In this document: piece by piece, positions 8,101 to 11,995 of the stretch
How positions within the stretch are numbered: the stretch's first letter is position 1
How the letters are laid out: every line of letters begins with the position of its first letter
From: an archaeon
GTDB taxonomy: Archaea > Iainarchaeota > Iainarchaeia > Iainarchaeales > CSSED10-239
Length of the DNA: 11,995 nucleotides
Assembly: GCA_035387745.1 (NCBI GenBank)
Contig: DAOOON010000008.1
Span: 23,525-35,519, forward strand
Direction: 5' to 3'
Position numbers and translations under genes: made by a program
The notes under the pieces: generated by a model
What the model saw: only the letters and a program-made list of their open reading frames with translations
What the model was told of the DNA's origin: nothing
Database searches by the model: none

Positions 8101-11100
8101 GATATAAATGATTATTACACTCAAGCACAAACAGCATCAAGCATAGATCAATTTTACAATATAAAAATAGCAATTGGTGAAAAATATATTTTGTTTATGG
8201 ACATTTTAGATTCTTTAAGAATCTTAGCAACCAATCAAGCAAGCTGTCAAATATTTGTTCCAGGAACTTGGTCTCTTGATTCTAATGTTTCTTTTGCTGT
8301 GTTAATGAATGGGCCATCAAGCATTCCAATTAATGGTTTGACTTTCGATGTCAATCTTTTCAATTATAATTCAGTTCTTGTTGATTCATATTCTGTAGAT
8401 GAATATGGCGAGGGATGGTATTATTCTTCTTTTTCAACTCCAAGTACGGGCGGAGGGTATAATCTAAGAATTGATCAAAATATTGGGACAAATAGGTTCC
8501 AGTGTGCTGCATCTTTTGATGTTAATCAGGCATCTGGATCAGTAATTGGTGGAGAGATTGGGGGGGGATTAACTGCAGATCAAAATGCAACGCTTTATGA
8601 GATATTAGGAATTGTTACAGACATTAATGCAACATTAAATGATCTTGAAGAAATAATATTTGATATTAATGCAATAGTAACAGACATAAATTCAACAGTT
8701 TCTGATATAGATTCAAGATTAAGTACTCTTGAGACAAGCCTATCTGATATTAATTTGTTATTGACTGGAATTGATTCAAATATTAATTACATAATTGGCA
8801 ACATGGCTACAACAACAGACATAACAAATTTAGATTCTACTTTACAAACAATTTTAGGTTATAATGTAGATATTAATCAGACAGTTCATGATTCTGCTAC
8901 TCAACTAAATAATTTGTACGATTTGTTGGACGACATTGATGATCAAATAGATGCAATGAATAATACCATAACTGATATAAACGCCTTAATAACAACTTGT
9001 GAAAATGCTCCAGAAACAAGTATTTGTGCAGATATTAATGGTTTATCAAATCAATTAAATAATATTAATTCTACAATAGATATTATTTCTTCAACAACAC
9101 AAGATATTAATTCAACAACAAGCTCTATGCAAGGCACAATAAATACTTTAAACAACACCTCAAACAGCATTCTTTCAACAGTAACAGACATTAACAATAC
9201 AAGCACATTTATTCTTTCTAAAGTAAACACCATAGAATCAAATACACAAGATATACAATCCAATATAACAACAATAATGTCTGATTTAAATTGTGCAGGA
9301 ACTCCCCCAGAATATAGTGTTTGTGGTAATCTTCTAAATATCAGTTCTTTAATTTCTGATTTTAATATTAGTACACAATTATCACTATTAGATATTTCTA
9401 ATGCATTATCAACAATAGAATATAATCAACAAGATATAAATCAAAGTATATCTTATATTTTAGAAGATTTAAATTGTGAAGACGAAAATGCTAGTCCAAT
9501 CTGTAGCAGTATACAGACCATAATTGATAACACTGATACCTTAGAAACAAGCATTTCGGATTTAAATAATACAATGATAATAATTGGAGACAATGTTTTA
9601 GATATTAATAGTAATACCAACAATGTACTTTTAGGAATATCTGATTTAAATAGCAGTAATCAAGAAATTCTAGATGATCTCTTAAATATTTCAGAAGAAA
9701 TAACAAATACTCAGGGATTGATTTCTGATACCAATTTAAATCTTACAAACTATCTATATGATATTAATGATACTGTAGATGATATAAATGACACAGTAGA
9801 CGACATAGGTGGAACAACAGGGGGAACAAGCGACAAGGTTGATGAGATAAAAGACATAGTACTAAATATAGATAATAATGTTTCTGAAATTAACACCACA
9901 CTAACAGACATTAATACACAACAACAAGCAATTCAAGCAACGCTAGCAAGCATGCAATTGACTTTAAGTGATATTAATGACACTACAACAAACATTTACA
10001 CAGACCAACAATCTAGATTTACGGTTGCTATAAGTGATTTTAGTGAAATTGGTTCTGGTGACGTCTATAGAGCAAAAGTCTGGGTGTTTGATTATGATGG
10101 TTCTCCAAAAGATGCAGATAGCAATGATGCTAAAATTACACTTTATGATCCAGAAAGAAACATAATTACAGAAAATATAACAATGACAAGATTATCAGAA
10201 GGAGTATACACTTATGATTATAATGTAGGAACTGGCCAGATTGCAGGAATCTGGGAAGCAGTGGCAACCGTTTTAGTAAATGGAGAAAATGTTAGCCCAA
10301 GTGATTTCTGGGAATTAGTTGGTAATCCTCCAGAAGTTAGAATTAATTCTATTGTTGATACAAGTATTCCAACAATAACAGCAGACGTTATAATTACAAA
10401 CGAAGGAAGTGCAAGTCAAGAGTATCAATACGAATATTGTATTGTTTCTGATCAATCAAATATGTGTGGTGGAGGAGACGATGTTGATTATTCAAGTGGT
10501 GCAAAGTTAATACTTCCCGGACAAACGTGGAATACGGAGTTGACTTTAAATGTTCCAACTGTTGGAACATATTGGTTTAAGATTAAAGTTTATTATGGTG
10601 TAGAAATGAGTGCTGCTTCTAAGCAGTTTGTAGCAACGACTGGTGGAACAAACACTGGAGGAACAGGCGGAGGCTCTTCTGATATAAGCGACGTTACAGG
10701 CCTTGTAAGTTTGCCTGTTGCTGTAGGAGAAATTGCAATTATAGAATACCCAACAGATATGACAATAATTCAAGGAGATTATGGATTTTATACCCTTAGA
10801 ATAAAAAATATTGGAAGTATTGATTTATCAGACATTAAATTAACCATTGAAGATTTACCAGAAAGCTGGTGGGAGATACAACAAGAAAAGACAATATTAA
10901 GTCCTAATGAAGAAGGCAGCTTTGTTATAAAGCTAAAAGCACCAATGGATGCTGAAGTAAAAGATACTCTTGTTAAATTTAAAATATCTTCAAAAGAAGA
11001 CACTCGTTTAAGAGAAAGCATTCTTAGAGTTCTTGAAAAATCTCTAGCAGAAATTAGATTTGTAGATGTTAAAGTTTCTCCAATTAAAGTAAATGGTTAT

Positions 11101-11568
11101 GGAGAGATTGAGTTTATTATTCAGAATATGAGCCTATATGATCAAAATATAACTGCGACACTTCTTGTTCCAAGAGATTGGCAAATAGAAGATAGCGATC
11201 AAGCTATTATTTTAAAAGGCGGAGAAACAAAGCGCATAATTTTTGTTGTTAATGCATCATATATTAGCGGGGTAAGAGACTTAGTGTTTGTGATAAAGAA
11301 CAATACCGGCCAGAGATTTAAAACAGGAGAAGATAAACTATTTAAGCAATTGATGGTAATAGTAATAAATGACGAGAAAGTAAAAAGCGAATTGAATTTC
11401 TTTAATCAGTTTAATGGAATAGGTATTGGTATTCTTATAATTATCTTGTTATTGGTTATTTTAATAATAATCTTTTTATTTGGCATAAAAAATAATAAAA
11501 AACAAAGACCATCTTTAGGATATAATAGAAACATTTTAGATAAATTAATGGGTTTGAGAAGAAAATGA
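2074..11568 (+). CDS. Giant (about 3,160 aa) modular, membrane-anchored cell-surface protein; putative adhesin or surface fibre
   Basis: A single uninterrupted ORF (track 2053..11568, TTG). I prefer ATG 2074 because it yields a canonical signal peptide, 'MNRKFLVFITIFAIVLSLNLIYA|ST', and has 'gggga' just upstream. It ends with a hydrophobic helix plus a basic tail and TGA at 11566-11568. An open frame of this length in AT-rich DNA is itself strong coding evidence. Confidence 0.93.
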   Translation: MNRKFLVFITIFAIVLSLNLIYASTLSVDKNETYLGDTVVITGTGFSPSSTLVLQNNLEPNSAWWDGYNEQWGFPTFVTTDESGNFTYNWTVPFDFRISPGKQYFSVGNNISATIYWNGGGDYPTSKNKTICDGNYCYVTSTYTNPNGGVEKFNMSTGARECNASVAVTGTGIAIDGTYIYTTYAATSNNLRRTAMADCTGTSTFTTAGSNTYSVAISNGYAFFGYNVNIAPRKYENLSTTPSQVVAFAPASRNSIANYICVTPDATKVVVGYADGNVLAFDYTTGATLWNSDPDDDVTQAISGMHCDNDKIYVAKAYNSTTNGPLFGGFAYALSASDGALVWRSERIDSHYVYSSYTNVACDSVNCYASVLSPPLGGAGINGAPIIQIDKTTGEIGWVKWRSWLPASTGDYGTSTTHQSPMDLWVDSDENGFIYPVYSGGRIQKLSKNDVSVQSFPDTNLWIRSNTNLYNFVMNPTKNVFYSNERPSFNFKAIDNYGQYMDADDNRFNTSHLKFSTINAYNEFTAAEAGSATVASQFMDPRIMSVYSATATLPNPTPYNYLKFMYDEYDSGVFCETAVYNTKLFGWHINNRYCLYENLEVNNATLNHTQNGVKLASIANYFLVNPNKWNNFPITKTFGTDNWTWSSSHNPTYDQILGYATRFGSDFNEAWFNQLGQGTSFNTNTGTTSLIDYIDATQDFNNADPRLQKWHESYFLFKPLGSGADGNRHWQYIENDTNMIATPITVVQGTNQSGSYLIGADTFSNRIDFNATEAGILERTNEPFWFDVNFIDSINSDCSDIVVTDITDTPIGLWQLDSETCTANNYYTLFVQDNFTLGQEKQYRLYYNSPTAAVTPGGTTDLITSLVSGTCAAGTDIIDVNSTNWYRWVQPGVGAVAANQLYFNFGGSSNTWFNHATTRYALRAGYLNSQSAGTGAGSVTNTLGTALATFTSRCYQRSYNKDKIFTRIDMNTANFTIAPHTPTEINPNATTTFTRKIMSRWYFFNGNGRIRIMFKLDEPLPVMTTGISQTYHPYFYFGMYALVPQGTATVAANNFVNWSGRKELMDEYTPVQLSPDKKSAILTPSPLPLTFTIDYNGEHFPTVSSASSKVGGGCTVHKVWPYFSWRPIDPVTTTNATTFASAYTTDFISCDEDLNGTIPDIGNDGYVNVFPKESIYGTGLNRFVDPNYIAKFYLKPNLYIPDNRENRWLPPLALNSQYGTSAKVSTIILDVCPTEEYGYKGYDDFLADLDDLISSSSIHKVEENTTNIPCATSITIFSTNTGSIGKYFLFQRDVNVVVADVSRPDAPYPSYLYDPTTGALSINGSLDYTNAQKSTQYLGKWFFTSSSDPYVISGYATTGAEQLQGAKRYAWAPSFAFNKKVYSENLFWNKSMSNLTYQQSPCAWNFSTNYWGDMDFGPGWKKTMSTTQQGTICPRNESNMEHYSSFRMALASLYPANALVVTAIDNVIDGRPNKVTTINDLGIDASMFSRHNSLWDYNHYSDYTQVLSDFSELTEGTKHSNDEPWQCDFSRYDSKNFCIVPATTTTLIYTATPGVLTASTTSGMWSPYYQSNREYSVLRNYFNNVWFNTAAMFPTYDFLTENTIFPMLGETEFTYDTLYTSNNPNDYNDLMDKLFPRLHGALYQNQFLLRDWKNTAFMVLSGGDTREYLRGTTINVSGFMMKDSDSLANAPIIVQVFKNSAPESPLTTYQTITDANGDFNYSYTITPTAEPGLYFFKAIYNNGEITGTTSFKVSALNIATVLDKSVYVAGDSVFVTTTISDAIIGDLISDATVNLVISGPAGNTLLTTPMTNAGFGVYTYSFQLSPETVNGTYVVTITATTADNTGSATTTFGVGVAVSSINIINNFQISDANIEYVTQVTTLQNVVATPLLEFTINYQLSGGLDLENITLFTKDDIVLERVYDFDDLNRTTYYLSLDSSNNPIVYIMANFEASQIRTMTFIAENKYYEHIEQDYNSVNNYSSELSSYCSILLTPAAQADCANANTYLIDINDYYTQAQTASSIDQFYNIKIAIGEKYILFMDILDSLRILATNQASCQIFVPGTWSLDSNVSFAVLMNGPSSIPINGLTFDVNLFNYNSVLVDSYSVDEYGEGWYYSSFSTPSTGGGYNLRIDQNIGTNRFQCAASFDVNQASGSVIGGEIGGGLTADQNATLYEILGIVTDINATLNDLEEIIFDINAIVTDINSTVSDIDSRLSTLETSLSDINLLLTGIDSNINYIIGNMATTTDITNLDSTLQTILGYNVDINQTVHDSATQLNNLYDLLDDIDDQIDAMNNTITDINALITTCENAPETSICADINGLSNQLNNINSTIDIISSTTQDINSTTSSMQGTINTLNNTSNSILSTVTDINNTSTFILSKVNTIESNTQDIQSNITTIMSDLNCAGTPPEYSVCGNLLNISSLISDFNISTQLSLLDISNALSTIEYNQQDINQSISYILEDLNCEDENASPICSSIQTIIDNTDTLETSISDLNNTMIIIGDNVLDINSNTNNVLLGISDLNSSNQEILDDLLNISEEITNTQGLISDTNLNLTNYLYDINDTVDDINDTVDDIGGTTGGTSDKVDEIKDIVLNIDNNVSEINTTLTDINTQQQAIQATLASMQLTLSDINDTTTNIYTDQQSRFTVAISDFSEIGSGDVYRAKVWVFDYDGSPKDADSNDAKITLYDPERNIITENITMTRLSEGVYTYDYNVGTGQIAGIWEAVATVLVNGENVSPSDFWELVGNPPEVRINSIVDTSIPTITADVIITNEGSASQEYQYEYCIVSDQSNMCGGGDDVDYSSGAKLILPGQTWNTELTLNVPTVGTYWFKIKVYYGVEMSAASKQFVATTGGTNTGGTGGGSSDISDVTGLVSLPVAVGEIAIIEYPTDMTIIQGDYGFYTLRIKNIGSIDLSDIKLTIEDLPESWWEIQQEKTILSPNEEGSFVIKLKAPMDAEVKDTLVKFKISSKEDTRLRESILRVLEKSLAEIRFVDVKVSPIKVNGYGEIEFIIQNMSLYDQNITATLLVPRDWQIEDSDQAIILKGGETKRIIFVVNASYISGVRDLVFVIKNNTGQRFKTGEDKLFKQLMVIVINDEKVKSELNFFNQFNGIGIGILIIILLLVILIIIFLFGIKNNKKQRPSLGYNRNILDKLMGLRRK
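2143..2430 (+). other. Ig-like (IPT/TIG- or Big-like) beta-sandwich domain
   Basis: 'LSVDKNETYLGDTVVITGTGFSPSSTLVL...TTDESGNFTYNWTVPFDFRISPGKQYFSV'. The 'GD-x-V-x-ITG-x-GF' and 'D-x-x-G-x-F-x-Y' strands are typical of bacterial and archaeal Ig-like surface modules. Confidence 0.55.
2455..3420 (+). other. Roughly 7-bladed beta-propeller (PQQ-like / YVTN-like repeats)
   Basis: Seven recurrences of a 'D-x-x-x-x-Y' strand: CDGNYCY (aa139), IDGTYIY (182), SNGYAFF (225), PDATKVVV (271), CDNDKIY (314), CDSVNCY (369), DENGFIY (436). Spacings are 43, 43, 46, 43, 55 and 67 aa. PQQ-propeller-like 'G-x-[LV]-x-A-x-D-x-x-TG-x-x-x-W' strands are also present ('DGNVLAFDYTTGATLWN', 'YALSASDGALVWRS', 'IIQIDKTTGEIGWVKW'). 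Residue numbers count from the track start at 2053. Confidence 0.6.
4405..4632 (+). other. Possible DUF2341-like beta-sandwich module
   Basis: 'ERTNEPFWFDVNFIDSINSDCSDIVVTDITDTPIGLWQLDSETCTANNYYTLFVQDNFTLGQEKQYRLYYNSPTAA' resembles the DUF2341 pattern (feature list, then 'DI-x-F-x-D...L-x-x-x-x-E-x-W...vkv...Y-x-YYGN...A'). Recognition is by eye only. Confidence 0.3.
7081..7645 (+). other. Two tandem Ig-like beta-sandwich domains (CarboxypepD_reg / Big-like)
   Basis: 'TINVSGFMMKD...IIVQVFKN...TITDANGDFNYSYTITPTAEPGLYFFKAIY' and 'VLDKSVYVAGDSVFVTTTISD...VNLVISGPAGNTLL...GVYTYSFQLSPETVNGTYVVTITAT'. Both contain 'TD-x-x-G-x-F' and 'G-x-Y-x-[VF]-x-[IA]' strands typical of these folds. Confidence 0.55.
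8560..8567 (+). repeat. G8 homopolymer tract inside the giant CDS (codons att-GGG-GGG-GGa, 'IGGG')
   Basis: Read directly: '...ggagagattg gggggggatt...'. The g at 8560 plus seven g at 8561-8567 gives 8 consecutive G. It is the longest G/C run I saw in the window. Confidence 0.95.
9760..9801 (+). repeat. Tandem 21-bp in-frame duplication encoding DINDTVD twice
   Basis: 'gatattaatgatactgtagat' (9760-9780) and 'gatataaatgacacagtagac' (9781-9801). The peptides are identical, with 4 nucleotide differences, all at synonymous third positions. Confidence 0.9.
10015..10635 (+). other. Post-stalk Ig-like domain followed by a CARDB-like domain
   Basis: 'YRAKVWVFDYDGSPKD...ITLYDPERNII...GVYTYDYNVGTGQIAGIWEAVATV', then 'PEVRINSIVDTSIPTITADVIITNEGSASQEYQYEYCIV...LILPGQTWNTELTLNVPTVGTYWFKIKVYYG' (CARDB-type 'V-x-[IV]-x-N-x-G' and 'G-x-Y-x-x-x-[IV]-x-V' strands). 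A Gly/Thr linker 'TTGGTNTGGTGGGSS' follows (10636-10680). Confidence 0.5.
10728..11305 (+). other. Two membrane-proximal CARDB / NEW3-like beta-sandwich domains
   Basis: 'YTLRIKNIGSIDLSDIKLTIEDLPESWWEIQQEKTILSPNEEGSFVIKLKAPMDAEVKDTLVKFKISS' and 'GEIEFIIQNMSLYDQNITATLLVPRDWQIEDSDQAIILKGGETKRIIFVVNAS'. Both show the 'N-x-G...P-x-[GD]-W...L-x-x-G-E-x-x-x-x-x-x-[IV]-x-x-P' layout seen in archaeal and bacterial S-layer-type modules. Confidence 0.5.
11416..11487 (+). other. C-terminal transmembrane anchor of the giant protein, followed by a 27-aa basic tail
   Basis: 'GIGIGILIIILLLVILIIIFLFGI' (24 uncharged residues), then 'KNNKKQRPSLGYNRNILDKLMGLRRK'. By the positive-inside rule the tail is cytoplasmic and the bulk is extracellular. 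Confidence 0.85.
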
Positions 11569-11900
11569 TATCTGGAAGTTTAATGTTTGTGTTGTTTATA
11601 AATTTTGTTATAATCATGTGCGTGGTTATTTTTTTCTTAAGGCACATGTCTTTAAGATTTAGAGAAGAATTTGACGAAACAAATAAAAGACTAGAAATGA
11701 TTGAACATAATATGCAACACAATGAATTGAGATTAAAACATTTAGAATTAAGAATAGACAAGCACCATGATGTTTCTGAGCATCACTATAAAAAACCAGA
11801 GATACACAAAGATATCGAAGACATGAAAATAGTTGTAAAAAAGATAAATCAAAATACAGAAAAGATCTATAAAAAAACAGAAGAACTATTCAAAAAGTAA
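11565..11900 (+). CDS. Small (111 aa) single-pass membrane protein with a charged, His-rich coiled-coil-like domain
   Basis: Its ATG (11565-11567) overlaps the giant gene's TGA (11566-11568) as ATGA. It has an N-terminal hydrophobic helix, 'SLMFVLFINFVIIMCVVIFFL', then 'RHMSLRFREEFDETNKRLEMIEHNMQHNELRLKHLELRIDKHHDVSEHHYKKPEIHKD...'. Stop TAA at 11898-11900. No family recognised. Confidence 0.6.
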   Translation: MISGSLMFVLFINFVIIMCVVIFFLRHMSLRFREEFDETNKRLEMIEHNMQHNELRLKHLELRIDKHHDVSEHHYKKPEIHKDIEDMKIVVKKINQNTEKIYKKTEELFKK

Positions 11901-11906
11901 TTTTAT

Positions 11907-11995
11907 ATGCTAAGAAAACTAATTATATTTTTGTGTTTGGTTCTTTTCTTAGGAACCATTATTTTTTTATTATTAAACTTTAACACAACTTATTA
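11907..11995 (+). CDS. Start of a further ORF with an N-terminal signal peptide or membrane anchor (3'-truncated by the window edge)
   Basis: ATG at 11907-11909, only 6 nt after the preceding stop. It translates as 'MLRKLIIFLCLVLFLGTIIFLLLNFNTTY...' (basic n-region plus a long hydrophobic core) and stays open to the end of the window. It is not in the ORF track, presumably for length, and only 29 codons are visible. Confidence 0.35.
   Translation, partial: MLRKLIIFLCLVLFLGTIIFLLLNFNTTY

Larger units (their letters stand above)
8560..10020 (+). repeat. A roughly 485-aa degenerate heptad-repeat (coiled-coil) stalk built around a 'D-I-N-x-T-[VL]-x' unit
   Basis: Recurrent 'TDINATL', 'FDINAIV', 'TDINSTV', 'SDIDSRL', 'SDINLLL', 'VDINQTV', 'TDINALI', 'QDINSTT', 'TDINNTS', 'QDINQSI', 'YDINDTV', 'DDINDTV', 'SEINTTL', 'TDINTQQ', 'SDINDTT'. 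I assigned the register by hand from 'ATLYEILG...' onward. I/L/V/M occupy 21 consecutive a/d positions in strict 3-4 spacing (10 heptads) before a one-residue register shift at 'NMATTTDI', after which the 3-4 pattern resumes. Confidence 0.8.

Noticed and set aside
8560-10020. The repetitive 'gacattaat'/'gatttaaat' periodicity as a CRISPR array or non-coding satellite
   Set aside because: The repeats are 21-nt, in-frame, degenerate at third positions and conserved at the amino-acid level (heptads). There is no repeat-spacer architecture. The region lies within an unbroken ORF.
7955-11021. Minus-strand ORFs 7955..8173, 9051..9263, 10546..10773 and 10788..11021
   Set aside because: They are antisense to strongly supported coding sequence, are 70-77 aa long, and have compositionally biased translations without recognisable features.
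10015-11415. A diversity-generating retroelement (DGR) target at the C-terminal part of the giant protein
   Set aside because: I found no reverse transcriptase gene and no near-identical template/variable repeat pair with adenine-specific mismatches anywhere in the window. I also saw no C-type-lectin-like terminal motif. A trans-acting DGR elsewhere in the genome cannot be excluded.
11380-11568. Sortase (LPXTG) or archaeosortase/exosortase (PGF-CTERM, PEP-CTERM) sorting signal at the C-terminus
   Set aside because: The sequence before the helix is '...ELNFFNQFNGIGIG...'. No LPXTG, PGF or PEP motif is present, so it reads as a plain TM anchor with a basic tail.
11566-11568. Alternative genetic code (TGA read as Trp or Gly), as in some CPR lineages
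   Set aside because: All Trp residues I checked use TGG, and the 9.5-kb ORF has no in-frame TGA. Reading through the terminal TGA would add only 4 codons before a TAA. Three of the four visible stops are TAA. Nothing here requires recoding, though one window cannot exclude it.
11456-11761. Minus-strand ORF 11456..11761 (101 aa), spanning the end of the giant gene and the small downstream gene
   Set aside because: It overlaps two plus-strand genes that are coupled by ATGA. Its hydrophobic or low-complexity translation mirrors the antisense of the TM-helix codons, so it is most likely spurious.
1-11995. tRNA, rRNA, other structured ncRNA, transposase or integrase genes
   Set aside because: The only non-coding spans are the 110-nt AT-rich divergent spacer and a 6-nt gap at 11901-11906, so there is no room for such genes. 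No cloverleaf-like or GC-rich structured segments were seen, and no mobile-element motifs were recognised in any ORF.

Overview
This is an AT-rich, tightly packed window. I can support five protein-coding genes and found no rRNA, tRNA, CRISPR array, transposase or integrase. (1) nt 1-1302 (+), probably 5'-partial, encodes a fusion of an L,D-transpeptidase (YkuD) domain and a GH73/FlgJ-like glucosaminidase-like domain. (2) nt 1295-1963 (-) encodes an endonuclease III-related HhH-GPD DNA glycosylase with no Fe-S cluster cysteines. It converges on gene 1 with an 8-nt overlap. (3) nt 2074-11568 (+) is a 9.5-kb gene, about 80% of the window, encoding a roughly 3,160-aa surface protein. Its modules run in this order: signal peptide, Ig-like domain, roughly 7-bladed beta-propeller, about 1,200 aa of unassigned aromatic/Asn/Thr-rich sequence, tandem Ig-like domains, a roughly 485-aa heptad coiled-coil stalk, Ig/CARDB-like domains and a C-terminal transmembrane anchor. 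(4) nt 11565-11900 (+) encodes a His-rich single-pass coiled-coil membrane protein whose start overlaps the giant gene's stop (ATGA). (5) A further membrane or secreted ORF starts at 11907 and runs off the window. The most interesting signals lie inside the giant gene. The stalk is built from a 'D-I-N-x-T' heptad that embeds an N-glycosylation sequon in the repeat. Three Cys-x8/9-Cys loops interrupt the coil. A G8 homopolymer sits exactly at the head/stalk junction, and a slip in either direction truncates the protein before its stalk and anchor. The locus looks like a cell-surface or host-interaction module of a small-genome, low-GC organism (DPANN archaeon or CPR/Patescibacteria-like bacterium), but I cannot decide the domain of life from this window. 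All domain calls come from motif recognition by eye; no homology search was run.
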